A DNA stretch of 44,724 bases from a virus. Its lineage: Duplodnaviria; Caudoviricetes. The position numbers and the translations under genes are program-made. Where the stretch lies: IMG/VR virus record IMGVR_UViG_3300048575_000518, positions 1 to 44,724 of that record. One strand, written 5' to 3'. Positions 35,410-44,140 of this stretch are shown here, piece by piece. The notes under the pieces are model-generated. The model was not told where the DNA came from, ran no database searches, and worked only from the letters and a program-made list of their open reading frames with translations. Numbering within the stretch: position 1 is the stretch's first letter; every line of letters begins with the position of its first letter.

Positions 35410-36040
35410 CCAGCGCCTCCCGCGCGATCTTTCCACGATCATGTTCGATTTGGCTTTTTGAACTCATGCCGGTGAAGCCGGTAATAGTGTCGACGTCAGG
35501 CATCTCCCAACTTGCAGCGTCGCCGTAAAACTTAAGTGACGCCTCAAGCTTCCGGATGCGCTCTCTCTGTCCATCACAGACAATTCGTTGGCCTTTTTCG
35601 ACGTGAAGATTATTGGCCTGCTCGTTTTTCAGTTGAGCCTCGAGTCCCGCGATGCGCTCATACATCTTGCGGTAATCATCGTATCGCAAGCTGACGATAG
35701 TCTGATCATCATTGCCGACATCAATCCCTACTGTTACCGGAGGATTTAATGTCTCTGGTTCAGCTATTTTGTTGACCGCTAAGTGACGTACTCGCTCTTG
35801 GGCTCCATACAAACGACCAGCAAGCGCCACGATATCCATCTTGATCAGGACCTGCTTTTCGTCCGTAGACGATAGCTTGCCCTCAATATCCTCGAGGTCG
35901 AGTCGAGCGTTGTTGATCGCTTCCCACAACACACTGTCTCTCGTCGGAGCACTCGGGGCGCTTTCTCTCGCTTCGTCTTTAGTGGTGGTCATTTTAGCTG
36001 GCACATTTTCCATGGGGAAAACCTCAATCTTCAATTCCAA
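35396..36040 (-). CDS. Hypothetical coiled-coil phage protein
   Basis: C-terminal LKFYG...DRGKIAREAL motif. Confidence 0.65.
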   Translation of the reverse strand: MELKIEVFPMENVPAKMTTTKDEARESAPSAPTRDSVLWEAINNARLDLEDIEGKLSSTDEKQVLIKMDIVALAGRLYGAQERVRHLAVNKIAEPETLNPPVTVGIDVGNDDQTIVSLRYDDYRKMYERIAGLEAQLKNEQANNLHVEKGQRIVCDGQRERIRKLEASLKFYGDAASWEMPDVDTITGFTGMSSKSQIEHDRGKIAREALDVSN

Positions 36041-36356
36041 GGAGCCAGCGCCCTAGCGCATGCGCTTGATCTTTCGTTAGCTCGTTACAAAGCCACGCCC
36101 ACTTTGATTCACGCGGAACTAAGTGTGTGTGACCCATGTCGCATCTCTCTTCATCGTAACCACCCGTGTAGTGATGGCCTTTGAAATTGACCTGAACGCT
36201 GCCGAGTCGATTCTTCCGAAAACTAAGATGAGATTCGTTGTCGTTTGACGTGATCTTAGCCATCGTCTTCAAGAGCCGAAATGTCGGATCTGGTTCCGGC
36301 TCAACCGACTTCGATTGAACTAAATCGTATTCATCCATTTCGTGCATGCGCATCAC
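36024..36356 (-). CDS. Hypothetical protein
   Basis: Overlapping operon gene. Confidence 0.6.
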   Translation of the reverse strand: MMRMHEMDEYDLVQSKSVEPEPDPTFRLLKTMAKITSNDNESHLSFRKNRLGSVQVNFKGHHYTGGYDEERCDMGHTHLVPRESKWAWLCNELTKDQAHALGRWLLGIED

Positions 36357-36576
36357 GCCCCACCCTCTCGCTGTGTTTCGCCATCGCCGCCTTAGCTATT
36401 CGATCAATCTGCGCAGATGATTCATGCACATGAAAATCGGCGCCAGTGCGCATCGTTATGAATGCGCCCTCTCCGCGGCTCGAATCCATGTAATAAGCGA
36501 TGTCTTCAATATTGATTCGTATCCCAGCATCGCCGGGGCCACGATGATCGTATCTTGTAACTGTAATGACCTTCAC
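36331..36576 (-). CDS. FlbD/SwrD-like small protein
   Basis: ITVTR...IRINIEDI...ITMRTG...VHES...I pattern. Confidence 0.5.
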   Translation of the reverse strand: MKVITVTRYDHRGPGDAGIRINIEDIAYYMDSSRGEGAFITMRTGADFHVHESSAQIDRIAKAAMAKHSERVGRDAHARNG

Positions 36577-36923
36577 AACTCACCTCCGCCTTCGCGAGTT
36601 GCCTCATTGAACATTTCCTGAGCGTCACCGTAGCCGCTCCAGTTATCGACTCCGCACGATTCAAGGCATTCGAGGAAAACAAGCTGACTTCTCAGTCGCT
36701 CAATCTCAGCCCGATCACGCAGCCTCTCAGCCTCAAACATCTGGACGTGCTGCCCGTGCATCTTGTCGCGGTCTTCGGGTTCTAACTTGAGAGATTCGAT
36801 CTCCTCGGCTTTCTCCTCATACCCGCGCTTAAGATCAAAATACATCTCGCACAACTTTTCGGGATTAGTGTGGATGAGCCTGCGGAATTCACTGGCGCTT
36901 ACGATAGTTTTCAGGTCGCTCAT
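36573..36923 (-). CDS. Hypothetical phage protein
   Basis: FLECLESCGVDNWSGY motif seen in many phage proteins. Confidence 0.65.
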   Translation of the reverse strand: MSDLKTIVSASEFRRLIHTNPEKLCEMYFDLKRGYEEKAEEIESLKLEPEDRDKMHGQHVQMFEAERLRDRAEIERLRSQLVFLECLESCGVDNWSGYGDAQEMFNEATREGGGEL

Positions 36924-37090
36924 TTCGCACGCTCCTTTGATTCGACTAGCGACTCAGACCAAGGATCTAATCCACCACGAGATGACACTTCTTTCTCGGC
37001 CTTCTCTCTAATCTCTTCAATTGTATCGCCGCTGACAACAACTGAATCTTCAGTCCCGTCTTTAAGTGTGAAGTGAATTCTAAATTTCAT
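36920..37090 (-). CDS. Hypothetical 56-aa protein missing from the ORF track
   Basis: MKFRIHFTLKDGTEDSVVVSGDTIEEI...; ATGA-coupled at both ends. Confidence 0.6.
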   Translation of the reverse strand: MKFRIHFTLKDGTEDSVVVSGDTIEEIREKAEKEVSSRGGLDPWSESLVESKERAK

Positions 37091-37431
37091 TTGCTCCCCC
37101 TCGCATCGGTCAGGATTTTGAGTGCTTCTTTAACTTGCTTGCCGATAAAAGCGTTTCCTGCATCGTCTATTTCCTTGAGCGCCTCCCTCAGCCTCTCCAT
37201 CTCACTCGCGCTCAAGATCAGGTCGCCTGGGAGTGACTCGGTGACGTGAACCAAAGACGCCTGCCACTCAAGAGGACCTTGTCTCGGATGCGACGTCAGA
37301 GCTGATCCGAAGTATGAATCGTCTTCATCCATAACGTCGGTCCATTCAGGTGCTATCCACCACTCCCGCCTCTTCTCTTCTTTCATCTTCTTCAGCGCCT
37401 CGACACGTTTCATCTCTGATTTGGATGTCAT
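37087..37431 (-). CDS. Hypothetical protein
   Basis: Start MTSKSE at 37431 coupled to the upstream stop. Confidence 0.6.
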   Translation of the reverse strand: MTSKSEMKRVEALKKMKEEKRREWWIAPEWTDVMDEDDSYFGSALTSHPRQGPLEWQASLVHVTESLPGDLILSASEMERLREALKEIDDAGNAFIGKQVKEALKILTDARGSK

Positions 37432-37652
37432 TTCATCACCATCCTCGCCGTCGCGAGCGTGATAACGACTCCGAGCAAGCCGAACAGAACGCATGTCTCC
37501 ATCATCCCGAAATTCATGAAACACCAGCTTGTGAGTTTTCCGAGCGCGTGCCTCGGCGGAAGGAGATAAAACCCCGTTTGGATCACAGCGAGCGGAAATA
37601 TGCCGATAAAAATAGAGGCGATTAAACAAAAGGCCATGATTAAAAACCTCAT
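37428..37652 (-). CDS. Small two-helix membrane protein
   Basis: Two hydrophobic segments; ATGA-coupled at both ends. Confidence 0.55.
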   Translation of the reverse strand: MRFLIMAFCLIASIFIGIFPLAVIQTGFYLLPPRHALGKLTSWCFMNFGMMETCVLFGLLGVVITLATARMVMK

Positions 37653-37822
37653 CTCTTTTCCTTCTCTGTTCGAACATCCTTGATAAGCCCACGACAGGAC
37701 TCACAAGTTACGTTCTTAGCTTCATTCGTTAGCTTGTATTTGATCGATAAGAAGACCTGCCGATAGACCCAGCACGCCGGCCATGATCCGTCCATTGCGC
37801 TAGCTGTGAAATGCGTTTTCAC
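37649..37822 (-). CDS. Hypothetical 57-aa zinc-finger-like protein missing from the ORF track
   Basis: GTG start, KTH...PAC...VTCESC; coupled at both ends. Confidence 0.55.
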   Translation of the reverse strand: MKTHFTASAMDGSWPACWVYRQVFLSIKYKLTNEAKNVTCESCRGLIKDVRTEKEKR

Positions 37823-38094
37823 TTCCGCCCCCTCTCCTCATCGCACGCTTGGACAAGAACCAGCCTTCGTTTCGGCTTCATGGGTTCAATCGTTTTATAG
37901 TCGAATACGAACTCATCAATTGGCCGCCCCTGCAGGAATCGGACAAGATCCCTCGCGACGTGGTGCGCGCTCATCGTCTCCATTCCAATTTTAGCTCCGT
38001 TCAGAATCGACAGACGAATTGATCCGTCGTCGTTCTGTCGAATCGAGACGGCGCATTCATTCGGTTCTAGATAATATGGACCGACCGTCTTCAT
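37819..38094 (-). CDS. Hypothetical protein
   Basis: ATGA-coupled; ends CDEERGRK. Confidence 0.6.
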   Translation of the reverse strand: MKTVGPYYLEPNECAVSIRQNDDGSIRLSILNGAKIGMETMSAHHVARDLVRFLQGRPIDEFVFDYKTIEPMKPKRRLVLVQACDEERGRK

Positions 38095-38552
38095 TTCCGA
38101 CCCCTCTCCTCGTCACACACATTGAGCGCGAATCGAATCGCCATCGCGGCCACTTGAATCGCTTCCTTTCTCATCGCACCTAGATCGCGTTTCTTTTGGT
38201 TCATCCACACGTGTGCTTTAAGCTCATCGACTTCCTCAAGGAGAACGGCGAATCCTTCATGAGCTGAATTGAACGGAGGGAATTTCTCGCCGGACGACTG
38301 GACTTCATCTATCACTTCGTTGATGGTATTGAAAACGGATGCGTGCTTGTCGAATTTCACACGCGAGAGTGGCAACAATTCAGCGAAGACCCGCTTGATT
38401 TCCTCAAAAACTGAACTCTGCATACGCTGACAAGCCGGGCATCCATCAGCTGATGTGTCGACGCTCGCAGGAATCATCCCGATCACTCCGCATCGCCCGC
38501 ATTGATCAACGCGGGCCGCGCCAAATGTCTCTCGATTATTCGGTGTGTTCAT
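38091..38552 (-). CDS. MazG-like nucleotide pyrophosphohydrolase with N-terminal zinc ribbon
   Basis: SAHEGFAVLLEEVDEL...KEAIQVAAMAIRF; CGRC...CPAC. Confidence 0.75.
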   Translation of the reverse strand: MNTPNNRETFGAARVDQCGRCGVIGMIPASVDTSADGCPACQRMQSSVFEEIKRVFAELLPLSRVKFDKHASVFNTINEVIDEVQSSGEKFPPFNSAHEGFAVLLEEVDELKAHVWMNQKKRDLGAMRKEAIQVAAMAIRFALNVCDEERGRK

Positions 38553-38878
38553 TTACGCATCTCCTTCAACTTCTCGTGAATCGCTGGCCAGCATTTGATC
38601 ATGAAGCGATCAAGCCTTGACTTCGCGTCCCTCTTCATTGACTGATAGGTAACGCACATCATGAGGTTTCCATGGATGTAGTCAGCACCGCAATCGGCGA
38701 CGAATTGCTCAATTGTTCTATCTTTTCCCATTGCGCCCCAAAAACACGAGTACGTTCCCCAGTCAGAATGAATCTGCATCAGGCCCTGGCCGGGATCGAA
38801 ATTCGTGAACGTGACATACGCGAATGGCTCGTCGAATCGCATCAGAGTTGATGGATAGTCTTGAATGTATTTGCTCAT
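38549..38878 (-). CDS. Hypothetical phage protein
   Basis: IHSDWGTYS...W motif; coupled. Confidence 0.65.
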   Translation of the reverse strand: MSKYIQDYPSTLMRFDEPFAYVTFTNFDPGQGLMQIHSDWGTYSCFWGAMGKDRTIEQFVADCGADYIHGNLMMCVTYQSMKRDAKSRLDRFMIKCWPAIHEKLKEMRK

Positions 38879-38879
38879 G

Positions 38880-39125
38880 TTAAATTTCCTCTTTCAATTT
38901 GTGATCGCCGCGAAGAAGAATGACCATGCGGCCCTTTTGCTGACCATCCGCGCGGTACTCGCCGTAACCATCGCCATCGACTTGAGGTAGGAACTCATAA
39001 GATGCGCTCTCGACATCAAGGCAGTTCATCTCCTCGATCGGCTTTTTAAACGTATCGACGTACACGCACACCTTCGCGCGTGGGCTTGCCTTCCCAAGAA
39101 TTTTCATTAACTGATATACGGTCAT
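38880..39125 (-). CDS. Hypothetical protein
   Basis: MTVYQLMKIL...P-x-A-x-V N terminus typical of small phage proteins. Confidence 0.65.
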   Translation of the reverse strand: MTVYQLMKILGKASPRAKVCVYVDTFKKPIEEMNCLDVESASYEFLPQVDGDGYGEYRADGQQKGRMVILLRGDHKLKEEI

Positions 39126-39364
39126 GCCTGCGCCCCTTCTTTGCTTGGCTTCTCGATAATCGTCATGACGATCTTGCCGGTCGAATCATGCAAATCAACG
39201 TGTCCCCACTCACGAATTGCCGTGGGGATATTGAGAAATTCTCGCTCGATCTGTTCGATGTATCGATTCGCCCGCGACAATTGAAATTGAAGCGTTTCAA
39301 CACGCTCTAGAAGATCATGCTCCGTTGAAAACCTATCCGGCAGATATACGTTTGTATGGCTCAT
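39122..39364 (-). CDS. Hypothetical protein
   Basis: ATGA-coupled at both ends. Confidence 0.6.
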   Translation of the reverse strand: MSHTNVYLPDRFSTEHDLLERVETLQFQLSRANRYIEQIEREFLNIPTAIREWGHVDLHDSTGKIVMTIIEKPSKEGAQA

Positions 39365-39699
39365 GGTCGGCTCCCGTGCAGAGGGCAGCAATCGTAGTCT
39401 TCACAGCCACAACGCGGGCCGCGCTTGATGCCCTTGTCTTTGCGAGTCTTGCGGTGCTTCTTCTCGGAGATTTTGAGATCCTTTAGATGTTCGAACGCCG
39501 CCTCGGTCAGATGGAACATTCCGTATCCGGACTTGGGCTTACCGAGCGGACCGTAGAAATAACCAAGATCAACGAGACGCCGCATGTCCGCGTCGCCAAC
39601 TGATGTCACGTAATGACTGCGGTATCCGGGCTCGGAGGAGTCATATCCCCATGCGTGCTTGATCATGTGAATTTGTTTGTCTGATAAAACCTTAAGCAT
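39361..39699 (-). CDS. Hypothetical protein with NUMOD3-like motif and Cys tail
   Basis: RKTRKDKG; CGC...CCPLH. Confidence 0.6.
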   Translation of the reverse strand: MLKVLSDKQIHMIKHAWGYDSSEPGYRSHYVTSVGDADMRRLVDLGYFYGPLGKPKSGYGMFHLTEAAFEHLKDLKISEKKHRKTRKDKGIKRGPRCGCEDYDCCPLHGSRP

Positions 39700-41362
39700 T
39701 CAACACCTCCTTTGAATCGATAAACCTCTGAGCCAAAAGCCTGATGCGCGAATCGTCGGAATGCTGCGATTCAACGCTCGCGAACGGATCAAAGATCCCG
39801 GATGCCTGTGATGACTTGAGTCCAAGCAAATCGACGATGAGCGGATCGGACCCGCTATTTGAAACAAGATAAATGGACGTGACTTGATTCTTCTGACCGT
39901 CGCGATTCAATCGCCCGGTCACTTGCTCGTGAACACCGGGCGACCAGTCGAGTTCGCCGAAAACAACATAGGAGCATCGATCCTGAAGACCATTGAGACC
40001 CACGCCAGAGCGAAGCGACATGATCATGAGATCAGTCTTCCCCGACATGAAATCCTTGCGAGACTTCTCTTTCTCGACTTGTGATTCGGAGCCCGTGTAG
40101 AGTACGGGCTTGAATTCTGCGAGTTCCTTAAGCCAAATTTCATAAACGTCGCGATGCCATCCGACAAGAAGGACCGGCTCCCCGCTCTCAAGAAGAATGC
40201 GAACATACTCCGCGACGAATGGCGCTTTCGAGACGCCGGTCGCGTGCCTCACCATCATGTCGAGTTCACGCGCAGCTTGGCCGCGCTCGATGAATGACCC
40301 TTGCATGACGCGAATCGCGAGAAGCTTTGCTGTCCGCTCCATGTCTTCAATCGCGGCCTCGTCATAATCGACCGTGTGAACGATCTTATTGACCTCCGGA
40401 AGCTCCATCGCGACGTCTTTTCGAGTTCGGCGAAGCATGAGAAAATTCGAGCGGAGGTATGAGCCGAGGGCCTTTGGATTTGATACTTCTCGGTTGCCGC
40501 CGCCACACCATTCGCGGAGAAATTCCCACTTCTTATCAAGACACCCAGGCTTAATCAGGTCGAGGATGTTGAAACTCTCATCCCCGTAGTTGTAGACCGG
40601 CGTTGCCGAAAGTCCGAGGCAGTAGTCAACACGCTCGGAAATCTTGCGGCTTGCCTGATGCTTTGCCGACTCTTCACGTCGAAGCTCTTGGATTTCATCG
40701 AATACGACCGAACGAATCGGGCTCGACGAATTTGAGAAATAATCAACCCATCCGGTGACGAGCGAGTACTTCATTATATAGATGTCGGCCACGGGGAGCG
40801 GATACGGCTTTCTACCCTTGATCACGTGAGTGCGGAGGTCGGTGTATTTCTCGATCTCGTCGCGCCATTGAAAAGCAAGGTGCGTCTGAACAACGACGAG
40901 CGCCGGGAGGGCGTCGGTGTTCGCAAACGTGCCGATCGCCGATACCGTTTTTCCGAGACCGACGGTGTCGGCGAGAAGGTACCGGCGCACGCGGTTATGA
41001 AGCTCGACCGCTTGATGTTGGTACGGGCGCAGGGCCTTGCCTTCTTTGAATGTCACAAGCGGCGGTTGATATCCCCCGGAGAATATATTCTCAAGTTCGT
41101 CGCGCTGACGGCGATAAAGGCTCGCCAAGCGATCAAGCTCGGCCGCGACATCGGCGGGGACGCGAAATGGAAAGCGAATAAAAAACCAACGAAGATCCTC
41201 GGCCGTCTCGGGAGTCGCGACCACGAAAAATGGACTCGTCTCAGATCGGTGGATCGACTTAAAAAGATCTTTGAGTCTGATGCAAACATGTGGTTCGACG
41301 TCGGCAAGCATCCACATTGGGCGATCTTTCTGACAGATCGAAATGGCTCCGAATGTCTTCAT
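39692..41362 (-). CDS. SNF2-family helicase
   Basis: LRPYQ, DTVGLGKT, FDEIQ, LSATP, GVGLNG, QVTGRLNRDGQ. Confidence 0.92.
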   Translation of the reverse strand: MKTFGAISICQKDRPMWMLADVEPHVCIRLKDLFKSIHRSETSPFFVVATPETAEDLRWFFIRFPFRVPADVAAELDRLASLYRRQRDELENIFSGGYQPPLVTFKEGKALRPYQHQAVELHNRVRRYLLADTVGLGKTVSAIGTFANTDALPALVVVQTHLAFQWRDEIEKYTDLRTHVIKGRKPYPLPVADIYIMKYSLVTGWVDYFSNSSSPIRSVVFDEIQELRREESAKHQASRKISERVDYCLGLSATPVYNYGDESFNILDLIKPGCLDKKWEFLREWCGGGNREVSNPKALGSYLRSNFLMLRRTRKDVAMELPEVNKIVHTVDYDEAAIEDMERTAKLLAIRVMQGSFIERGQAARELDMMVRHATGVSKAPFVAEYVRILLESGEPVLLVGWHRDVYEIWLKELAEFKPVLYTGSESQVEKEKSRKDFMSGKTDLMIMSLRSGVGLNGLQDRCSYVVFGELDWSPGVHEQVTGRLNRDGQKNQVTSIYLVSNSGSDPLIVDLLGLKSSQASGIFDPFASVESQHSDDSRIRLLAQRFIDSKEVLNA

Positions 41363-41706
41363 AGCCATGCCCTCCCAAGATTCACGACCCAACACGGCTT
41401 GCCGTTGAGGCTGGCCGGGAATCCCATGGACCGATTCGTTACGATGATCAGGGATTTGACCTGATCCAACTTTGCATACCGTTCGCATTGACGCAGTATT
41501 TCGCGTGCCGAACCCTTGATCTTCACTTCAATGCCGATGCCGTCGTCGGTTAGAAAATCGATGATCGATCGATCATCGAGTCGTGCCTCGCGCTCAATCG
41601 AAACGATCGGATCAAGCGCCTCAAAGATTTGACGCTGCAATTCCTTTTCATTCTCTAGCGAGAAGCGACGGGAACTCAGAGCGTTCATGAGCTGGTCGGC
41701 GCTCAT
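41359..41706 (-). CDS. PD-(D/E)xK nuclease-like protein
   Basis: EKELQ...IDFL...GIEVK...Q-x-x-RY; coupled to the helicase. Confidence 0.7.
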   Translation of the reverse strand: MSADQLMNALSSRRFSLENEKELQRQIFEALDPIVSIEREARLDDRSIIDFLTDDGIGIEVKIKGSAREILRQCERYAKLDQVKSLIIVTNRSMGFPASLNGKPCWVVNLGRAWL

Positions 41707-42548
41707 TTGCACGCCTCTATCGCAATGCTTTTCACGACCACATAGAAAACCATCGAGAAGACGACCAGACAGCATATGATAATAAACATCTGCATTCTTC
41801 CCTCGGAAATACCGATCCTATACCCTTCCTCCCATTGCTCCCGACTGACTCCATAGCTCCTCGTTTGAGGAATCGGCTGTTGCGGTTGTTTCTTTGGTAT
41901 TTCCCCTTGCTCTTTCGTTGCCGCGACTCCGATCATCCGCGAGACCTTATCGAGCCATTCACCTGCATCTAAATCTGACATCGTTGCAGCAATCGCGTCC
42001 TCAACCAGATCAACCCCATTAGTGACGAGATCCTTGAGCCGCGCGATCTCCTCATCCTTCGCTTTCACCACCGCATCATGCTGTTCTTTGGCCTGAGCGC
42101 ACTGGGTGTACATTTGGTTGATCCTGTATGTGAGGCTGTCGATCTCGTCGTCGGTATCGTCGTTGAGATCATTGTCGTCATCGAATGATGAACATGGAGC
42201 ATCGTAGAGATCCTTGCGGCGATCCACGATGTCAGAGCGGATTGCCTTAATCTTCTCAACTACGTCTGAACACATGTCCCATCTGTTCGATATCTCTGCT
42301 GCCGCTGACTCGATTCCTGGAATAGCTGAGATTCGTTCAATGTATTCACGCGCATCGCTCTCGAGCAAAAATGGCATCAAGCCAACCAAGTACCCAGAGG
42401 GAACATGCGTCACCAGGAATTCGACCGATAGCCCTCTATTCTCTTGTCGATAAGCAAAGTAGCCATATTGCCATCCAGAAACGACTCGATCCTGATGGCC
42501 ATAGCCAGCCTTCAATTTGTGTTCTCCAAATGTCCATTTCTTTTCCAT
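41703..42548 (-). CDS. Hypothetical mosaic protein with C-terminal membrane helix
   Basis: VTHVPSG motif, acidic tract, coiled coil, hydrophobic C terminus. Confidence 0.65.
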   Translation of the reverse strand: MEKKWTFGEHKLKAGYGHQDRVVSGWQYGYFAYRQENRGLSVEFLVTHVPSGYLVGLMPFLLESDAREYIERISAIPGIESAAAEISNRWDMCSDVVEKIKAIRSDIVDRRKDLYDAPCSSFDDDNDLNDDTDDEIDSLTYRINQMYTQCAQAKEQHDAVVKAKDEEIARLKDLVTNGVDLVEDAIAATMSDLDAGEWLDKVSRMIGVAATKEQGEIPKKQPQQPIPQTRSYGVSREQWEEGYRIGISEGRMQMFIIICCLVVFSMVFYVVVKSIAIEACK

Positions 42549-42856
42549 TAATGCATCCCTTCCCGATTCGGATATTCAAAAGTCATCTCTTCGTTGAGCA
42601 CGCGTTCGACACGCAGCCACCACGCCTTAATGCAGGCCACTTTCATTGAGTCGAAATCAAGGTCTCGCCAATTCGACGGGAGCTTGATGCCATCCTGTTC
42701 GGCGCCCATGAGAAAGCCGGTACAGCGATCGATAGAATTGAGATGCGGAAGAATCTTCTCCAGGCGCTCCGCGGCCATCTCCAAAACTTGGGTGACTTTG
42801 TGTTGCGGAATATCTTTGCGAATGCTGATTTCAAACTTAGCCATTACCGTCGTCAT
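42548..42856 (-). CDS. Hypothetical protein
   Basis: Coupled at both ends. Confidence 0.6.
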   Translation of the reverse strand: MTTVMAKFEISIRKDIPQHKVTQVLEMAAERLEKILPHLNSIDRCTGFLMGAEQDGIKLPSNWRDLDFDSMKVACIKAWWLRVERVLNEEMTFEYPNREGMH

Positions 42857-43389
42857 TCATCCCCCACGAGTTCACAGTCTTCGATTGCGGCCACAAACAG
42901 CGCGGCCGATCCGGCATAGTCGCCGGCTGCGTATCGTTCCTTCGCGCGCGCCATTATCCGCGCCGCGATCGATTCGGACTGATCAACGCCATCTCCCGGT
43001 TCTGATGGTTCTTTGGGGGATAGGTTCTTCGAGATTGTCTGCGCGGCCCACTCGGATGGCGTTATCTTCAACATCGGTCCTGGTTCATTCGTCCATGAAA
43101 CGAATTTCGGCCACTGATCACCGTGCTCTTCACGTAGTTCGCGAATTTCGTCGCATACCGAGATCTTAAATTCGAGTCTCCACCCGAACTTACGAAACGG
43201 AATAAATCCGGCGCGGCGCCATTCGCGAATTCGCCAAATGGGCACGCCGATCTTGTCGGCGGCGTCTTCGATGATGAGCCACTCAGAAGGCTCTTCACTG
43301 AACGTTTCGCGGATCTTCTCCGCACTCCCCCTGATCGACTTGATAATTGAACCCGGCAGGTCGATTGCCTGCTCATTCGCGCGCGCCAC
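42853..43389 (-). CDS. MerR/excisionase-like HTH protein
   Basis: WLIIEDAADKIGVPIWRIREWRRAGFIPFRKFG. Confidence 0.65.
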   Translation of the reverse strand: MARANEQAIDLPGSIIKSIRGSAEKIRETFSEEPSEWLIIEDAADKIGVPIWRIREWRRAGFIPFRKFGWRLEFKISVCDEIRELREEHGDQWPKFVSWTNEPGPMLKITPSEWAAQTISKNLSPKEPSEPGDGVDQSESIAARIMARAKERYAAGDYAGSAALFVAAIEDCELVGDE

Positions 43390-44140
43390 TTATGCCCCCT
43401 TCTCCATTTCCTTCGATTCCGATAAGCCGTCGGAACGCTTCCCTTGCTGCGATCGGAACCACTGCATTGCCCAGGCATCTAATACGGTGTGTTTTGGGTC
43501 GTATCCCATCATCCATTCGACAAACGACGGATGGAGACTGATGCCAAATGTGAGCTTGAAATACTGAGAGAGAGGAATCCCTCTGCGATCCTCGAGGTTC
43601 TTCTTCCTCGATCTGCTCGCTCCAGGACTCTTGAAGTCCCTCGCGCATGGAGTGGGCAAGTAGCCACCATCTCTCGCGCAAGTGTGGGGCTCCAAGCTCG
43701 CCGGCTGAAACAATCGTCCACCGACAGTTATACCCCAGCGCAGTGAACTCCAAGAGAACGCGTTCAAGTCCTCGAAGAGTGATAGCTGGGACGTTTTCCA
43801 AGAAAACGAAGCTTGGTCGAAGCTCGCGAGTGAGGCGGACGACTTCAAAGAAAAGCGCGCTTCGCTTTCCATCCAGGCCTTTCGCATCCTTCTTAGCAAT
43901 GCTGATGTCCTGGCATGGAAAGCCGCCAAAGATGATGCTTGGCTTTGTGGCGAAGTGTTCGCTGCGCAGCTCTCGCACGTCTGTGAAGATTGGCGCTCGA
44001 TCAAGAGAACCGTCCCGCATCCTGGACAACAGAACACCTTGTGCGTATTCGTCTTGTTCGCAATAGGCGATCGTTCGAACCCATGGCGCGAGAGCAATAC
44101 TGATCCCGCCGATTCCGCTAAATAAGTCCAAGCCATTCAC
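43373..44140 (-). CDS. DNA (cytosine-5) methyltransferase, main (alpha-like) chain
   Basis: Motif I LFSGIGG, IV GGFPCQ, VI LENV, VIII RERWW, X RCLGNAV; no motif IX. Confidence 0.92.
   Translation of the reverse strand: MNGLDLFSGIGGISIALAPWVRTIAYCEQDEYAQGVLLSRMRDGSLDRAPIFTDVRELRSEHFATKPSIIFGGFPCQDISIAKKDAKGLDGKRSALFFEVVRLTRELRPSFVFLENVPAITLRGLERVLLEFTALGYNCRWTIVSAGELGAPHLRERWWLLAHSMREGLQESWSEQIEEEEPRGSQRDSSLSVFQAHIWHQSPSVVCRMDDGIRPKTHRIRCLGNAVVPIAAREAFRRLIGIEGNGEGGISGARE
43390..44136 (-). CDS. Nested out-of-frame ORF, candidate methyltransferase beta chain
   Basis: 248 aa open across the methylase in the +1 frame; carries LPTPCARDFK and LHPSFVEWMMGY (motif IX-like). Confidence 0.7.
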   Translation of the reverse strand: MAWTYLAESAGSVLLSRHGFERSPIANKTNTHKVFCCPGCGTVLLIERQSSQTCESCAANTSPQSQASSLAAFHARTSALLRRMRKAWMESEARFSLKSSASLASFDQASFSWKTSQLSLFEDLNAFSWSSLRWGITVGGRLFQPASLEPHTCARDGGYLPTPCARDFKSPGASRSRKKNLEDRRGIPLSQYFKLTFGISLHPSFVEWMMGYDPKHTVLDAWAMQWFRSQQGKRSDGLSESKEMEKGA

